A stretch of DNA of 64,000 bases from Halodesulfurarchaeum sp. (GCA_034520565.1 JAXHNL010000002.1:1152001-1216000), one strand, 5' to 3'. Shown: positions 20,072-31,502, counted from the stretch's first letter. The notes: a model not told the origin generated them from the letters alone. Numbers and translations are program-made.

Positions 20072-21172
20072 ATGAACAGACGGTCCGCACTCAGAGCGAG
20101 TGGGACAGTCGGCCTCCTCGCCCTTTGTGGCTGTCTCGGCGGCACGAGTGGCCAAGTGAACGAACGGACGGTCGTCGATGGTGTCGGTCGTCAGGTGGCG
20201 GTTCCCGACACGGTCGATCGAGTTATCGGCCTCGGACCGGGGGCGCTCCGACAGGTCGTCTACGTCGACGGCACCGATCGGGTCGTCGGCGTCGAGCGTG
20301 GCGAGCAAGCTGACTTCGAAACCCTTCCCTACAACGCCGCGAACCCGAAACTCGGGGACCTGCCGATCGTGGGCAATTCGGGTCCCGAGGCCGCCGGGGA
20401 CGCCGAGTCGATCCTCGAGGTCGATCCGGACGTGGTCTTTCTCTCGTCGATCGGCGGGTACCAGGCCGCCGATCAGCTCACCGACCAGACCGGCATCCCG
20501 ACGGTGGTGCTGGACATGCCCTTCCTCACGGACGCCGACGGCCGATCGGCATATTTCGAAAGTTTGGGACTGGTCGGCGAGGTTCTCGGGGCCTCCGAAC
20601 GGGCCGCGGCACTCGTTTCGGACGTGAAGTCCCTGATCGCCGACCTCCGCGGCCGGGCCCCGGACACGCCGGCGGCGAGCGCGTACGTCGGCGGGGTGAG
20701 CTTCAAGGGGTCCCAGGGATTGACGACGACCCGAGTCCCCTACGCTCCCTTCTCGCTTTCCGGGATCCGGAACGTCGCCCGTGAAATCGAGACGGCCCAC
20801 GTCTCTGTCGACGTTTCGTCGGAATCCCTCATCGCCTGGGATCCGCCAGTTGTCTTCTGTAGCGTGCAGAATCTTCCCCTCGTTCGCCAGGATCTTCGTC
20901 GGCATCCGGAACTCGAGAGCCTTTCGGCCATTCGTGCGGGTCGGATCCACGTCATGCCCCCGGTCTCGCACTATCACGAGAACCTGGGCACGATGCTCGT
21001 CAACGCGGTCTACGTTGGTTCGGTACTGCTCCCGGACCACTTTGGCGAGTGGCGGATCGGGAACTGGGCCGACAGGGTCTACGAAATTCTGCTCGGCACG
21101 TCTCCGTTCGAAACCCTCCAGGAGCAACAGCCCGCCTACCAGCGCGTATCGCTCGTGGACGGTGGTGGATGA
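20072..21172 (+). CDS. Class III (BtuF/FecB-type) ABC substrate-binding lipoprotein
   Basis: MNRRSALR Tat motif plus LCGC lipobox; DGVGRQVAVPDTVDRVI, ESILEVDPDVV. Confidence 0.85.
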   Translation: MNRRSALRASGTVGLLALCGCLGGTSGQVNERTVVDGVGRQVAVPDTVDRVIGLGPGALRQVVYVDGTDRVVGVERGEQADFETLPYNAANPKLGDLPIVGNSGPEAAGDAESILEVDPDVVFLSSIGGYQAADQLTDQTGIPTVVLDMPFLTDADGRSAYFESLGLVGEVLGASERAAALVSDVKSLIADLRGRAPDTPAASAYVGGVSFKGSQGLTTTRVPYAPFSLSGIRNVAREIETAHVSVDVSSESLIAWDPPVVFCSVQNLPLVRQDLRRHPELESLSAIRAGRIHVMPPVSHYHENLGTMLVNAVYVGSVLLPDHFGEWRIGNWADRVYEILLGTSPFETLQEQQPAYQRVSLVDGGG

Positions 21173-22245
21173 TGGACGGGGCCGAGGGACTCGGCGCGGC
21201 GACCGAAACGCGGGCTGTCGACCAGTACGCCGGCCTCCGAACCCGCCGGCTGCTCGTGCTGTTCGGCGGGACCCTCATTCTCGCAGTCGTGGCCGTTTAC
21301 GCGCTACTGGTCGGCACCATCGAGCTCCCGCTCTCGACTGTGATCGAGGCCCTCGTTGGCTCTGCGGCCCCGATGGCCGAGCGGATGATCTGGCAGATCC
21401 GGCTTCCGCGAATCCTCGGCGGCGCCCTCGCCGGTGCGGGCCTGGCATACGTCGGAACGGCCATGCAATCGATCCTTCGCAACCCGCTCGGTGCGCCGTA
21501 CACCTTGGGGATCTCGCAGGCTGCGGCATTCGGGGCGGCCCTCTCGATCACCGTCGCTGGAATCGAATCCGCGGCGGGTCCGGTTTTCGGCCCGTACCTG
21601 ACGACGGGAACGGCGTTTCTGGTTGCGTTGTCTTCGACGAGTGTGATTTTGCTTTTGCTCCGTTTCAAAAACGCCTCGCCCGAGACGTTGATCTTGACCG
21701 GCGTGGCCCTCGGGGCGGTGTTCAACGCCGGGATCACGGTCATCCAGTATCTCGCCTCGGACACCGAGGTGGCGGCGATCGTCTACTGGACCTTCGGGGA
21801 TCTCGGACGGCTCACTTGGACGACGGTCGCCGTCATGGGCGTGGGCGTGGTCGCAAGCGCCGGGTACTTCAGCTTTCACGCGTGGCAATATACGGTGCTT
21901 GATGCCGGCGACGAAACCGCCGCCAGCCTGGGGATCGCCGTCGAGCGTCTGCGGGTGGTCGGGATGGTCGTCGGTGCGTTCGCGACGGCCATCGTCATCT
22001 CTTTTGTCGGCATCATCGGGTTCATCGGACTGGTGGCCCCACACATCGCCCGGAAAATCGTCGGGACCGACGAACGGGTGTTGCTCCCCGCCAGCGGGCT
22101 GGTCGGGGCGATCCTGCTGGTGGGGGCGGATACGGTCGCCAGAACGGCTTTCGACCCGCTCTCGTTGCCGGTTGGCGTCCTGACAGCGTTCCTTGGGGCA
22201 CCGCTTTTCGTGTACCTCGTCATCGCCGGGAGGGAGCACTGGTGA
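21169..22245 (+). CDS. FecCD/BtuC-type ABC permease
   Basis: IRLPRIL, QSILRNPLG.PYTLGIS, GIIGFIGLVAPHIAR, PVGVLTAFLGAP. Confidence 0.92.
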   Translation: MMDGAEGLGAATETRAVDQYAGLRTRRLLVLFGGTLILAVVAVYALLVGTIELPLSTVIEALVGSAAPMAERMIWQIRLPRILGGALAGAGLAYVGTAMQSILRNPLGAPYTLGISQAAAFGAALSITVAGIESAAGPVFGPYLTTGTAFLVALSSTSVILLLLRFKNASPETLILTGVALGAVFNAGITVIQYLASDTEVAAIVYWTFGDLGRLTWTTVAVMGVGVVASAGYFSFHAWQYTVLDAGDETAASLGIAVERLRVVGMVVGAFATAIVISFVGIIGFIGLVAPHIARKIVGTDERVLLPASGLVGAILLVGADTVARTAFDPLSLPVGVLTAFLGAPLFVYLVIAGREHW

Positions 22246-23018
22246 CTCTCCGTATCGAGGATCTGTCGTTTGCCTACGCCGCGGAACCAGTGCTGCAGGA
22301 CGTCTCTCTTTCGGTGCAGTCGGGGTCGATCCTCGCCCTGCTCGGTCCCAACGGAATCGGGAAATCGACGCTACTCAAGGCGGTCGCCGGCATCGTGGAC
22401 CCGGATCGCGGAACGGTCACGCTCGACGGGACCGCGATCGGGCAGTTGTCTCGACGCGAACGAGCGCGCCAGATCGCGTACGTTCCGCAGGCCGAATCAC
22501 CGACGTTTGCGTCCTCGGTGTTTCAAGCGGTCCTGCTCGGTCGGACGCCCCATACCAGTTGGCGACCGACCACCAGCGACCGAGAACGGGTGGGGCAGGT
22601 ACTCGAGAAACTGGATTTGACCGACCTCGCGACCCGTCAACTCGACGCGCTCAGCCAGGGCCAGCGTCAGAAGGTCACCGTTGCGAGGGTGCTCGTCCAG
22701 GATCCGGCCGCGATGTTGCTCGACGAACCGACGGCGAGTCTCGACCTGCGACACCGACTCGACGTGCTCGATATTCTCAGGGAGCAGATCCGAACGCGCG
22801 AGGTCGCCGGGTGCATCGCGATGCACGACATCGAACTGGCCGCCCGATTCGCCGACGAAGTCGCCCTGCTGCGGGCGGGAACGATTTTCGATCGTGGTGC
22901 TCCGGAGTCGGTGCTGACGGCCGACTCGCTCGAAGCTGTCTACGGCGTCGAGGCGGCCGTGGATCGGGTAGACGGTCGATTCCACGTCGAGGCGATCCGT
23001 TCACTGCCGCCTGAGTAA
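22242..23018 (+). CDS. ABC ATPase (FecE/BtuD type)
   Basis: GPNGIGKST, LSQGQRQK, LLDEPT, MHD. Confidence 0.92.
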   Translation: MTLRIEDLSFAYAAEPVLQDVSLSVQSGSILALLGPNGIGKSTLLKAVAGIVDPDRGTVTLDGTAIGQLSRRERARQIAYVPQAESPTFASSVFQAVLLGRTPHTSWRPTTSDRERVGQVLEKLDLTDLATRQLDALSQGQRQKVTVARVLVQDPAAMLLDEPTASLDLRHRLDVLDILREQIRTREVAGCIAMHDIELAARFADEVALLRAGTIFDRGAPESVLTADSLEAVYGVEAAVDRVDGRFHVEAIRSLPPE

Positions 23019-23198
23019 TATTATCGACAATTACTATAACAAGATTTATTATAATAAGGATAAAAATTGTTAATATAGGATGGAACGAGGGACTGTGGAC
23101 GGCGACCGAACGGCGGCGACTTCCCGTGATCAAATCGGGGGAGACCGCCACAGAAGCACCGTCACGACGATCAAGAACAGCGAACTCTGGAATCGCCG

Positions 23199-24062
23199 AT
23201 GGTAGTTGGGACCCCCACTCACTCCAAACGCGACAGGACGATCCCCCTCATTGCGAGTGGCCTCACTGTCGTGGCCTTTTTCGGCGTCATCTGGCTCGGT
23301 CTCTCGGCCGGTCGGACGAAGTTGACTGGCGTGGTCATCTTCGGCTTTTTCGCCATGCTTGCCGGCGTGACAATCAGTCACGTCGTCGATTTCGACACCG
23401 AGCGGCGACAGGTCTGGGCCTACGGCCTCGCGAGCGGGGCGATGCTCGCTAGTGCCGGGGCCTTGCTCGCGCCCAAGGCGATCGCACCGCACCCCACCTA
23501 CGGCGGGTTCGCCATCGCCTTTGGCTACCTGATCGGCTACTCGGCGCACGAACTCGGCCACCTCGTGACCCACCGCAACCTGCCGCTGAACGCGGCCGCA
23601 GGGGAACTGTCCCTTCACGCGCTCGCAGCTGGCTCGATCATGGGCGTGGTCTACGGCTCGTTGCCCGAGCTCTCGGCCCTTTTCGGCTTCGGGATCCTCG
23701 CCCACAAGTTCCCGGCCGGGTTCACGGGGTCGGAGTCCGTCAAACAGTCCGGACTCCCGACACACGTCATGGTTATCCCGGCCGCCGCCGTCGCGATCGC
23801 GGCGATCCCGCTCTCGATTTTGACACCGCCGCTCTCGCCGATCGTGAAGGCAGGCTTCTACGGGATTTCGACGGGTGTCTTCGCCCACGTCGCCATCGAC
23901 ATGCTTCCCCAGTGTTCCCACAGCGGCTCCCACGCGGATTCGACCGGACACGGGACGATCCAGTGTTCGCGAAACGTTCACCGGACCAAGCTCCACGCCG
24001 TCACGAGCACCTTCCTTGGGGCGGGAACGATCCTCCTCCTCTGGCAACTCCTCGCGTTTTGA
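23199..24062 (+). CDS. ZIP family divalent metal transporter
   Basis: Multi-TM protein with LHALAAG, LAHKFPAG, GVFAHVAIDMLP and a His-rich loop. Confidence 0.75.
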   Translation: MVVGTPTHSKRDRTIPLIASGLTVVAFFGVIWLGLSAGRTKLTGVVIFGFFAMLAGVTISHVVDFDTERRQVWAYGLASGAMLASAGALLAPKAIAPHPTYGGFAIAFGYLIGYSAHELGHLVTHRNLPLNAAAGELSLHALAAGSIMGVVYGSLPELSALFGFGILAHKFPAGFTGSESVKQSGLPTHVMVIPAAAVAIAAIPLSILTPPLSPIVKAGFYGISTGVFAHVAIDMLPQCSHSGSHADSTGHGTIQCSRNVHRTKLHAVTSTFLGAGTILLLWQLLAF

Positions 24063-24076
24063 TCGATCCGCCGGAA

Positions 24077-25252
24077 TCACTCCGTGGCTTCCTCGATTGC
24101 CCCGTCCAGATCTGCCTTCAGATCCTCGATCCCCTCGATCCCGACGCTCAACCGGACGAGGCCATCCGTCACTCCCGCCTCGAGGCGCTCCTCCCTGGGG
24201 ACCGCCGCGTGGGTCATCATCGCCGGCTGTTCGATGAGGCTCTCCACGCCGCCGAGACTCTCCGCGAGCGTGAACACCGCCGTCTCGGAGACGACTGTCT
24301 CGACCGTCTCGAGGGAAAGATCCAGTTCGAGGGAGACCATGCCACCGAAATCCGCCATCTGTCTGGCCGCCAGCTCGTGCTGTGGGTGTGTTTCGAGGCC
24401 GGGATAGTGCACTCGCGCCACGTCGGGGTGATCGGCCAGCCACTCTGCGAGTGCCATCGCGTTTGCACAGTGGCGCTCCATCCGGACAGGTAGCGTCTTG
24501 ATCCCACGCAGGACGAGAAAGGCGTCGAACGGGCTCAGCGTTGCTCCGACGCTGTTCTGGTAGAATCCCAGTTGCTCGTCCAGGGATTGCTCGTCCGTGA
24601 TCAGCGCACCCCCGATCACGTCCGAATGCCCGCCGAGGTACTTCGTTAACGAGTGAGCGACGATATCAGCCTCGAGATCGAGCGGCCGCTGCAGGAACGG
24701 CGTGGCGAAGGTGTTGTCGACGGCGAGACGCGCGTCGGCGTCGTGGGCGATTTCGGCCATCGCCTCGATGTCGACGATTCGCAGGAGTGGATTCGTCGGC
24801 GTCTCGACCCACACGAGTTCGGTCTCCGGCCTCACGGCAGCGGCGATTGTCGAGGAGTCGGTCATGTCGACGAAATCGAATTCGAGTTCGTACTCCTCGT
24901 AGACCTCGCGGAACAGGCGGTGGGTGCCGCCGTACACGTCGTTGCCGACCACGACGTGATCGCCGGATTCGAGGCGGTTGAGAACGGTGTTGATCGCCGC
25001 GAGCCCGCTCGCGAATGCCCGACCGTGCGCGCCGCCTTCGAGGCTCGCGAGGTTCGCCTCTAGGGCCGAGCGGGTTGGGTTGCCCGAACGGGAGTACTCA
25101 TAGCCCCGGTGCTCGCCCGGGGCGTCCTGGGCGAACGTCGAGGTGGCATAGATCGGAGTCATGACGGCCCCGGTTTCCCGGTCCGGCTCGAGGCCGCCGT
25201 GGATGGCCTCGGTTTCGATGGTCGGGTCCGATGGTGATTCCTCGTGGGTCAT
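24077..25252 (-). CDS. metB: Cystathionine gamma-synthase/gamma-lyase (MetB/MccB family)
   Basis: YEYSRSGNPTR, DVYGGT, ETPTNP, DNTFAT, SLTKYLGGHSD, ESLGGVESL. Confidence 0.88.
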   Translation of the reverse strand: MTHEESPSDPTIETEAIHGGLEPDRETGAVMTPIYATSTFAQDAPGEHRGYEYSRSGNPTRSALEANLASLEGGAHGRAFASGLAAINTVLNRLESGDHVVVGNDVYGGTHRLFREVYEEYELEFDFVDMTDSSTIAAAVRPETELVWVETPTNPLLRIVDIEAMAEIAHDADARLAVDNTFATPFLQRPLDLEADIVAHSLTKYLGGHSDVIGGALITDEQSLDEQLGFYQNSVGATLSPFDAFLVLRGIKTLPVRMERHCANAMALAEWLADHPDVARVHYPGLETHPQHELAARQMADFGGMVSLELDLSLETVETVVSETAVFTLAESLGGVESLIEQPAMMTHAAVPREERLEAGVTDGLVRLSVGIEGIEDLKADLDGAIEEATE

Positions 25253-26235
25253 GCTTTTCCCTCCCAGTTCTCGAAGCTGTCATAGAGCCCCTTCGAGAGG
25301 TATCGCTCCCCGCCGTCCGGAAAGACCGTGACGACCGTGTCGGCCGGGGCGTCGATCTCCCCCGCCTCGAGCCGGGTTGCCACCTCGGTCGCGGCGACGC
25401 TCGCGGCCCCGGAACTCGAGCCCACGAGATGTCCCGCTTCCCCCGCGAGCCGCGTGACCTCGGCGTGAGCGTCCCGGTCGGAGACGGCGACGATTTCGTC
25501 AATCCGGTCCGGGTCGAGGAGTTCGGCGAGTTCCGGCTCGTGGGTGCCGATCCCCTCGATTTTGTACGGGGCTTCCTCGGGACTCCGGCCGAACCGCTCG
25601 CCGAACGTCGATCCCGCAGGTTCGACGCCGACGACCGCGGCATCGATGTCCGCGCTCCCGAGCGCCTTCGCGATGCCTATGAGTGTCCCGCCCGATCCCA
25701 TTCCCGCCACGATTGCCCCGATCTCCCCGTCGAGGGCGTCGATGATTTCGGGTCCGGTCGTTTCGGCGTGGGCCTCGACGTTGTGTGGGGAGGCGAACTG
25801 CTGTGGGACCACCGCGCCGGGCCGGTCGGCAGCGATCTCGTGGGCGCGATCGATCGCGCCCTGCATGCCGTCGTCGCCGGGAGTATGGACGATGTCGCCA
25901 CCGAGGGCCGCCATCAGCGTTTCTTTCTCCTCGCTGAACCCGGTCGGGACGACGAAGACCGGTTCGACGTCGAGCTGTCTCGCCGCGAGTGCCATGCCGA
26001 TCCCGGTGTTCCCGGCCGTCGGTTCGACGATCGCGCCACCAGGCTCGAGGTCCCCCGACTCGAGGAGGGCCTCGATGATGTGTTTCCCGATGCGGTCTTT
26101 CACGCTCCCGCCCGGGTTGAACGTCTCGAGTTTGGCGAGCACGTCGACGCCGTCCGGTCCGGTGTCCAGTTCGACGAGTGGCGTTTGGCCGATCGTTTCG
26201 AGGACGGTATCATGTCGGGTCGTCTGTGATGTCAT
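25249..26235 (-). CDS. PLP-dependent cysteine synthase/cystathionine beta-synthase family protein
   Basis: KLETFNPGGSVKDR, EPTAGNTG, QQF, GMGSGGT, KIEGIG, FPDGGERYLSK. Confidence 0.9.
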   Translation of the reverse strand: MTSQTTRHDTVLETIGQTPLVELDTGPDGVDVLAKLETFNPGGSVKDRIGKHIIEALLESGDLEPGGAIVEPTAGNTGIGMALAARQLDVEPVFVVPTGFSEEKETLMAALGGDIVHTPGDDGMQGAIDRAHEIAADRPGAVVPQQFASPHNVEAHAETTGPEIIDALDGEIGAIVAGMGSGGTLIGIAKALGSADIDAAVVGVEPAGSTFGERFGRSPEEAPYKIEGIGTHEPELAELLDPDRIDEIVAVSDRDAHAEVTRLAGEAGHLVGSSSGAASVAATEVATRLEAGEIDAPADTVVTVFPDGGERYLSKGLYDSFENWEGKA

Positions 26236-26996
26236 TGGAGTTTCGCGTGGGTGGCGTCCGTTCCGAAACGGTACCTCGCCGGACCGAGTCATCGACAGCA
26301 ACAGGGTGTCTGGACCGAACGCCGGGAAAAGAAGTCGCGGTTTCCGGGTCCTTTCTGTGGCGTCAAGACGGCCGAACCGGTCCCGCCGGACCACTCCGGA
26401 CCGCCCGATCCGGATCGCCGCCGACCCGGATGTATTCCATTCCGTGGGGGACGGCTTCGGATTACCTCGTGACCGTTCATGCCAGCTACCCTTACTGGAT
26501 GGGGATTTATTTGGGTTCCCGTTCGGATCCGTAGGGCCTCCAATTGAAAGCTTTCAGCCCGTAGAATCCAAATTTCGAACTCTCTGAACCGGACACGCTT
26601 GTGAACGCAAAAATACCAGGGCCTCGAGCCGGAAAATCGAATCCGGTTTCCGGTATACAGCCCGCTTCGCCGGTTTCCCGACCGGACTCTGGTACTGATC
26701 GTACCGTTTTCCCACCGTCTCGAAATCGAAACGGACCCGTCAGCGACATTTCAGCCGAAGAGCCGAGTGGATCCGGTCCACAGCTACGCGGTATTCGATT
26801 GGTAACCGCCCGGGTTCGGTTACGGTTTTTTCCCCGTCCTTCGTCGTGGAGCGATTTTTCGCTCTCAGAACCCAGAGATCCCTGGACGGTCCCGAACCGT
26901 CGTGTTGTGGACGGATAGGGATCGGTATTTCGGCTGCAGCCGTGGGACGTCTCCTGGACCCTCCGCGTTTATTGTCCGGGCCCAGCAACTACACGT

Positions 26997-27485
26997 ATGA
27001 CCGTTTTCGAGACCGACTTGCCGGGAGTCGGACGGAAGTTCGAGATCGACGTCGGGGACGGTGCACAGCTCGTCATCGTGATCCACAACACGGGCAAGCG
27101 GGAAGTGTATCGAAAACCGGGGCCCGACGCCGACGCAGAGAAGGTCTTCGAGGCCTCGAACCAACTCTCCCAGACGATCGGCGCCATCCTGGAGGGGGCG
27201 AAGTTCCAGCCCGTCGAAGTCGATCACGAGGGAACGATGCTGCCGGGAGACACGGTCATCGAGTGGTACAACGTCGGTCCGGATTCCAGACTCGCCGGCC
27301 GGTCACTCGGGGACGGTATCGTCCGGGACGAACTCGACGTGCTGGTGGTAGCGATCAAACGCGGGGACGACATCATCACCTCGCCGGGGCCGATGGAGGA
27401 GATCGAACCCGGTGACGTGCTCGTCGTGATCGGCCCCCACGACGACATCCACGAGTTCGAGTCCTTCGTCGCGGAAGGACAATGA
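26997..27485 (+). CDS. K+/H+ antiporter regulatory subunit (KhtT-like, TrkA-C domain)
   Basis: ETDLPGVGRKF N-terminus; VAIKRG...PGDVLVVIG. Confidence 0.88.
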   Translation: MTVFETDLPGVGRKFEIDVGDGAQLVIVIHNTGKREVYRKPGPDADAEKVFEASNQLSQTIGAILEGAKFQPVEVDHEGTMLPGDTVIEWYNVGPDSRLAGRSLGDGIVRDELDVLVVAIKRGDDIITSPGPMEEIEPGDVLVVIGPHDDIHEFESFVAEGQ

Positions 27486-27515
27486 CCGGCGGGAAATCAC
27501 GGAGTCCCAAAACCC

Positions 27516-28733
27516 ATGGCGAGTGAAACGGCGCTGCTCGAACTCGGCATCCTGTTGGCGACGGTCGCGTTCGCGGGCACGCTCGCACGCCGGATCCGGC
27601 AATCCGTCATCCCGCTTTACATCCTCGCCGGCATGGTTCTCAACCCCTACGTGGCCGGACGATTCGGACCCTATGCCCTCGAATCGACGCCCTTCGTCGA
27701 ACTCGGGGCCGAACTCGGGATCGTTCTGCTCCTCCTCTTTCTCGGGCTGGAGTTCAATCTCGAACGCCTGCTGGCAGATCGATCCCGGATCGGCACTGCG
27801 GGGACGATCGACCTGCTCGTCAATTTCGGCATCGGGTTCGTCCTCGGATACGCCGTCTTTCGGGCCCTGGTCCCGGCGTTTTTCCTGGCCGGTGCGGTCT
27901 ACATCTCCTCCTCGGCGATCATCTCGAAGTCCCTGATCGATCTCGGATGGATCGCAAACGACGAGGCCGGCCCGATGCTGGGGACGCTGGTCTACGAGGA
28001 TCTCGTGATCGCGGTGTATCTCGTGGTCGCTTCCGTTCTCGTCTTCGGAGACACGATCGGGGAAGCCGTCGAATCGATGGCGATCGCCGTCGGGTTTATC
28101 CTCCTGCTCGTGGTTCTCGTGGCTCGTGGCCGCCCGCTGTTCGAGTGGCTGCTCGATACCGACTCGAAGGAGTTTCTGGTGCTCCGTGCACTCGGCCTGG
28201 CCGTGTTGATCGCCGGAATGGGACTCGTGCTCGGCGTCAGCGAAGCCGTCGTCGCCTTCTTCGTCGGGATGGCCTTCTCCTCGACGGGGCATGTTCGCCG
28301 CCTCGAAACGCTGCTGGAACCGATCCGGGACGTGTTCGCGGCGATCTTCTTCTTCTGGATCGGGCTCGTGACGGATCCGTTCCTCTTCGGAGACGTTCTG
28401 GGGCTCGTGGTGCTGGCGGTCCTGCTTACCACCCCGGCGAAACTGCTCAGTGGGTATCTCGGCGGACAGGTGTACGGGCTGGATCCCCGCCGATCCACGC
28501 GGGTCGCCCTTGGAATGGTGACACGCGGCGAGTTCACCCTCATCATCGCCGCCCTCGCGATCTCTGGGGCCGGCGGATTCGCTGATGGCGTTGCTGAGAC
28601 CATCTACGCCTTTAGCGTGGGATACGTCCTTGTGATGAGCGTGCTCGGGACCACGTTGATGCAGTACTCCGGGCCGTTCGAACGGTTCGTCAGTTCACGA
28701 CTCTCCAGGGACCATCCCCTCGGCCGGAACTGA
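27516..28733 (+). CDS. CPA2 cation:proton antiporter (KhtU-like)
   Basis: About 12 TM helices, LFLGLEF, ISSSAI, LVYEDL, RGEFTLII. Confidence 0.9.
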   Translation: MASETALLELGILLATVAFAGTLARRIRQSVIPLYILAGMVLNPYVAGRFGPYALESTPFVELGAELGIVLLLLFLGLEFNLERLLADRSRIGTAGTIDLLVNFGIGFVLGYAVFRALVPAFFLAGAVYISSSAIISKSLIDLGWIANDEAGPMLGTLVYEDLVIAVYLVVASVLVFGDTIGEAVESMAIAVGFILLLVVLVARGRPLFEWLLDTDSKEFLVLRALGLAVLIAGMGLVLGVSEAVVAFFVGMAFSSTGHVRRLETLLEPIRDVFAAIFFFWIGLVTDPFLFGDVLGLVVLAVLLTTPAKLLSGYLGGQVYGLDPRRSTRVALGMVTRGEFTLIIAALAISGAGGFADGVAETIYAFSVGYVLVMSVLGTTLMQYSGPFERFVSSRLSRDHPLGRN

Positions 28734-28749
28734 CCGGTTCCCCGGCCAG

Positions 28750-31355
28750 TCAGCGAATCCTTCCGAAGAGCCGGTAGTCGTGGTCGGGGGTGTACCGACG
28801 GAACAAGAGGCTGTTCGACAGGACCGAGACGCTGGAGAAGGCCATCGCCGCAGCCGCCAGGGCCGGCTGGAGGAGTCCCAGTGAGGCAAGCGGGATCATC
28901 GCCGTGTTGTACCCGAGCGCCCAGCCAAGGTTCTGTTTGATCTTCTGCAGTGTCGCATCCGAGATTCGGATGGCCTTCGCCACGTCGAGTGGATCGTCGC
29001 GCATGAGCGTAATGTCTGCTGCCTCGATCGCCACGTCCGTCCCCGACCCGAGTGCCGTCCCGACGGCGGCCACGGCCAGTGCCGGCGCATCGTTTACCCC
29101 GTCGCCGACCATCATGGCCGACCGCCCCTCGGCTTGAATTCCCTCGACCGCGTCGGACTTGTCTTCGGGAAGCACCTCCGCCCTGACGTCGTCCGGATCG
29201 ATGCCGACCTGTTCGGCGACGGCGCGGGCGGTCCGCTCGTTGTCGCCGGTGATCATCATCACGTCGATACCTCGCTCCCGAAGGGCTTGTACCGCCGCTT
29301 TGGACTGTGGCTTGACGGTGTCCGCGTCGGCAACGACGCCCGCGAGTCGGCCGTCGACAGCGACGAGCATCGCCGTTTTCCCGGCCCGTTCGAGCCGTTC
29401 CATGGTCTCTGCGGCCGGTGCCGGATCGATGCCTTCGCCTTCGAGCAGCTTCCGGTTCCCGACCAGCACCGTCCGACCGTCGACCGTCGCCCGGATTCCC
29501 TGGCCAGGGACGTTCTCGAACTCGGACGCTTCAGCGACCTCGAGCCCCCGGTTTTCGGCGCCGGCGACGATGGCCTTGGCGAGGGGGTGCTCGCTCCCGC
29601 GCTCTGCGGCTGCTGCAAGCCCGAGGACTTCGTCCTCCGAGTGACGGTCCTGGGGGGTCTGTGAGCCACCTTCAGCTGCGACGTTGCCACCATCCGGGAC
29701 TGGGTTCCCCGCTGCGTCGAAGGCGACCACGTCCGTCAATTCCATCTCCCCTTCGGTGAGCGTCCCCGTCTTGTCGAAGACGACGGTGTCGACGTCCTTC
29801 GCTCGTTCCAGGACGTCCCCGCCCTTGAACAGGACGCCGTTTCGGGCGCCAATGGTAGTCCCGACCATCGTCGCCGCGGGGGTCGCCAGTCCGAGCGCGC
29901 AGGGACAGGCGATGAGGACGGCGGAGGCGAAGACGATTACGGCGAACTCGAAGACCGACACGCCACCCCGACCGCGGCCGGTCCGCCGGCGACCTGTCCC
30001 CAGAGCGGCAGCCATTCGACGAAGCCGGCCAGCGTCTCTGGGAACAGGAACCAGACTGTGCCCCAGAAGACGGCGTTGGCGATCACTGCGGGGACGAAAT
30101 ACGCGGAGATCCGGTCTGCGAGGTTTTGGATGTCCGGTTGGCGGGACTGGGCGTCCTTGACCGTCTTGACGATCTGTTTGAGCGCGGTTTCCTCGCCGAC
30201 TCTGGTCGCCTTGACGGTGAGAACCCCGTTCTCGTTGATCGTCGACCCGACGACCTCGTCGCCCTCGCCTTTCTCGACCGGGACGGACTCCCCGGTCACC
30301 ATCGACTCGTCGACGGCGGATTGGCCGCTGACGACGACCCCATCGGTCGGAACCTTTTCGCCAGGTCGAACCTTGAGCAAATCCCCTTCCGTGACTTCTT
30401 CGAGTGGGACGGTCGATTCGGACCCGTCCGGCCCGATGACGGTGGCCGTCTCGGCCTCCATCTCGAGGAGCTTCCGGAGCGCGTCGCTTGCCTGTCCTTT
30501 CGATCTCGCCTCGAGGTAGTTGCCCAGGGTGATGAAGACGAGGATGAGCGCGGCCGTATCGAAGTACAGGCTTCCCGCGATGAGCCCACCCAGAACGGCG
30601 ACCGAATAGAGATAGGCCGTCGAGGAGCCGAGCGCGATCAGCACGTCCATGTTGGCCCGGCCGTTGGTCACGAGTGCGCTGTAGGAGTTCTTGTAGAAGG
30701 GCCAGCCGAGGATGGCTTGAACGGGGGTGGCGAGCAGGAACTCGACCCACCCCAGCTCGATGCCGAAGACCGTTTCCGGGACGATCGCACCGCCGAAGAG
30801 GAACTTGTCGGCGAGGAAGAAAAGTAGCGGCGCAGAAAGTGCCGCTCCGAACAGCGTCAACCGGCGCTGTTTGCGGATTTCGGCCTGACGGGCCAGATCG
30901 CGCGCGCTTTCGCCGGATTCGGCGTCGTCTTCGGTTTCGCGGACCGGGGAATACCCCGCGTCTTCGATCGCCGTGTACAGGGATTCGACCGAGACGTCTT
31001 CGGGGTTGTAGGTGACCTGGGCTTCGTCGGTCGCGTAGTTGACGTCCGCGTGGATGACACCGGGCGTCTCCTCCAGTGCGGTTGCGTTTGCCTCCGCACA
31101 GTTCGCACAGGTCATGTCGGCGATAGCGATGGACCTGGTTTCCGTGACGGCCCCGTACCCGGCCGCCTCGATCGCGTCGAAGATCGATTGCAGGGAGACA
31201 CGGGTCGGATCGTACTCCACGGACCCCTCGTCGGTGGCGTAGTTTGCCGAGACGTCGCTGACGCCATCGAGCGCGTCAAGTGCGTCCTCGATGGAGGCCG
31301 AGCAATTGGCACAGGACATCCCGGTGATATCGAGATGTGTCGTCCGGGTTTCCAT
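28750..31355 (-). CDS. copA: Cu(I)-translocating P1B-type ATPase (one -1 frameshift in a homopolymer near 29967)
   Basis: Two HMA domains (MSCANC, MTCANC), [31 protein letters not shown] and MAFSS; split over two frames at [14 protein letters not shown]. Confidence 0.93.
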
Positions 31356-31502
31356 AGGTGTCTCCAGAGAGGGGCCCAATCCTTAGGCCGTTTGTTGCTT
31401 GGAACCTTCGGGTATTACCAGTATGGATTTTTGTTTCCAAAGCGAATCGGCGGGTCATTATCGGTCCGTCCGGTCACCGAGACGCCACTCGCCGGCAATT
31501 AT

